A DNA stretch of 37,771 nucleotides from a virus. Lineage: Duplodnaviria; Heunggongvirae; Uroviricota; Caudoviricetes. The DNA lies in the IMG/VR virus record IMGVR_UViG_3300026533_000003, positions 1-37,771 of that record. One strand, given 5' to 3'. A program made the translations under genes and the position numbers. This document shows positions 36,771 through 37,771 of this stretch, one piece after another. Below the pieces are notes generated by a model. It did no database searches. It saw nothing but the letters and a program-made list of their open reading frames with translations, and was not told where the DNA came from. The first letter of the stretch is position 1; each line of letters starts with the position of its first letter.

Positions 36771-37376
36771 TTACTTCTTCAGCATCGCTTTTGTATAGGC
36801 TTCTAAACCCTTTCCATCTTTCTTCCTCATGAAGTTAAACCTTGCAGTAGTCTCATCGACTCCCATCCATAAATCCTTGCCGGCTATTACCAGCTCCATT
36901 TCATGAGGGGTGAGGAAATTACCATAAATCTCTGTAAATGCAAGATTCAGCTGAGTATCGGTAAACTCCATTTGTGCCCGCATTTCGTGCCCCTTGCCAG
37001 ATGCACCACCACTGTAGTTGTGGATCATGAATTGTACATAAGGAGCTATCTCTAGCTTATCACAGCTTAGTGAGATAATAGTTGCGACAGATGCTACCGT
37101 GCCAGATAGCTTGGCTACTACTGTTGCCTTACTGCGTTTGATAGCGTCGATTATCATGAACCCTGAGTCCACGTAACCGCCACCGTTGTTGATGTGAAGG
37201 TTGATAACGTCACCCTTGTAGGCTTGGTCTAGTGTACGGCATAAGTGATTGTACTCTGAAGGAGCCTCAATGCCATCTGTTAAATAGACATCAGTTACTC
37301 TACCTGCTGTTATTAAAGGGACGTAGTTATCCCATACTGTTTCTTTTTTCTGTTCTATTGGTAATTCTATTTCCAA
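36771..37376 (-). CDS. ClpP-like (peptidase S14-type) serine protease
   Basis: LHINNGGGYVDSGFMI, VASVAT (Ser), FMIHNY (His) and KDLWM (Asp); 201 aa. Confidence 0.82.
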   Translation of the reverse strand: MEIELPIEQKKETVWDNYVPLITAGRVTDVYLTDGIEAPSEYNHLCRTLDQAYKGDVINLHINNGGGYVDSGFMIIDAIKRSKATVVAKLSGTVASVATIISLSCDKLEIAPYVQFMIHNYSGGASGKGHEMRAQMEFTDTQLNLAFTEIYGNFLTPHEMELVIAGKDLWMGVDETTARFNFMRKKDGKGLEAYTKAMLKK

Positions 37377-37388
37377 TTGTTATCCTTT

Positions 37389-37697
37389 TTATTGTAATGC
37401 CAAGAAGGCCTCATCCACCGCCTTGTGGAACTCAAATGGTTCTAACCGTATAGTAGCCAGCAGTGGACGGTATTTACTAAATTTCATTACTGCCGGTAGT
37501 CCAGCTATGAAGTCCATCGTTGCTTTAGTTATAGGCTGATACTCGTCAAATCCATTATAGGTCACAGTTATGTATGTAGGCCTTTCGTTACGTTGGCTTC
37601 TAAGGCCACGTAAAGGGAATAGTAAATTCAAGTAACGAGTCTCTGTATGAGTACTGAAGTGGATATCTATAGTGAACTTACTCTGTTGCTTCACCAT
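37389..37697 (-). CDS. Hypothetical protein (102 aa)
   Basis: AAAGGTGG RBS upstream; abuts the AAGGA RBS of the ClpP-like gene. Confidence 0.65.
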   Translation of the reverse strand: MVKQQSKFTIDIHFSTHTETRYLNLLFPLRGLRSQRNERPTYITVTYNGFDEYQPITKATMDFIAGLPAVMKFSKYRPLLATIRLEPFEFHKAVDEAFLALQ

Positions 37698-37771
37698 TTG
37701 AATCCACCTTTCTAAAGTGTATACCTACTGGTTTCAATGGGATATCATCCTGTGATAACATTTCAAACTCT

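Larger units (their letters stand above)
1..37771. mobile_element. Bacteriophage genome segment, N4-like (Schitoviridae-related) podovirus
   Basis: N4 gp56-type capsid, N4 gp59-type portal, N4-type virion RNAP motifs and N4-like gene order (portal > scaffold-like > MCP > gp55 > gp54 > gp53-51 > vRNAP, converging with replication/metabolism genes). No host housekeeping genes. Confidence 0.93.

Noticed and set aside
31635-37453. Plus-strand ORFs over the minus-strand operon
   Set aside because: They fully overlap well-supported genes on the other strand and have no translation signals.
1-37771. Stop-codon reassignment (TAG or TGA recoding)
   Set aside because: Long genes are intact in the standard code, and TAG and TGA both terminate genes at sensible positions.

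Overview
The whole window is phage DNA from an N4-like (Schitoviridae-related) podovirus; no tRNA, rRNA, CRISPR array or integrase was seen. Bases 1-30976 (+ strand) form the virion module: portal, gp58/gp57-like, major capsid, a free-standing T5orf172 endonuclease, gp55/gp54-like, a four-gene tail cassette, gp53-51-like genes and the virion RNA polymerase locus. Bases 31544-37697 (- strand) carry an SF1 helicase, MazG-like pyrophosphatase, PIN-PhoH, a GIY-YIG/NUMOD3 endonuclease and a ClpP-like protease. The main finding is the virion RNAP locus. N4 encodes one cysteine-free ~3500-aa vRNAP; here it is three translationally coupled genes (1247, 1484 and 1530 aa). By manual reading, their only four cysteines sit 3-4 residues from the ends that face each other at the two junctions (…EDCTI* / MSCK… and …KICKTK* / MACN…). 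This suggests the chains are re-joined head-to-tail by disulfides (inference). Also notable: a 567-bp non-coding convergent junction flanked by oppositely oriented clusters of DnaA-box-like 9-mers (TTATTCACA), and a tail-cassette gene that appears to start at a non-canonical ATC behind a hairpin. Promoter, RBS and box sequences hint at a Campylobacterota-like host (inference). N4 gene-number assignments rest on synteny and remembered family motifs, not on database searches.
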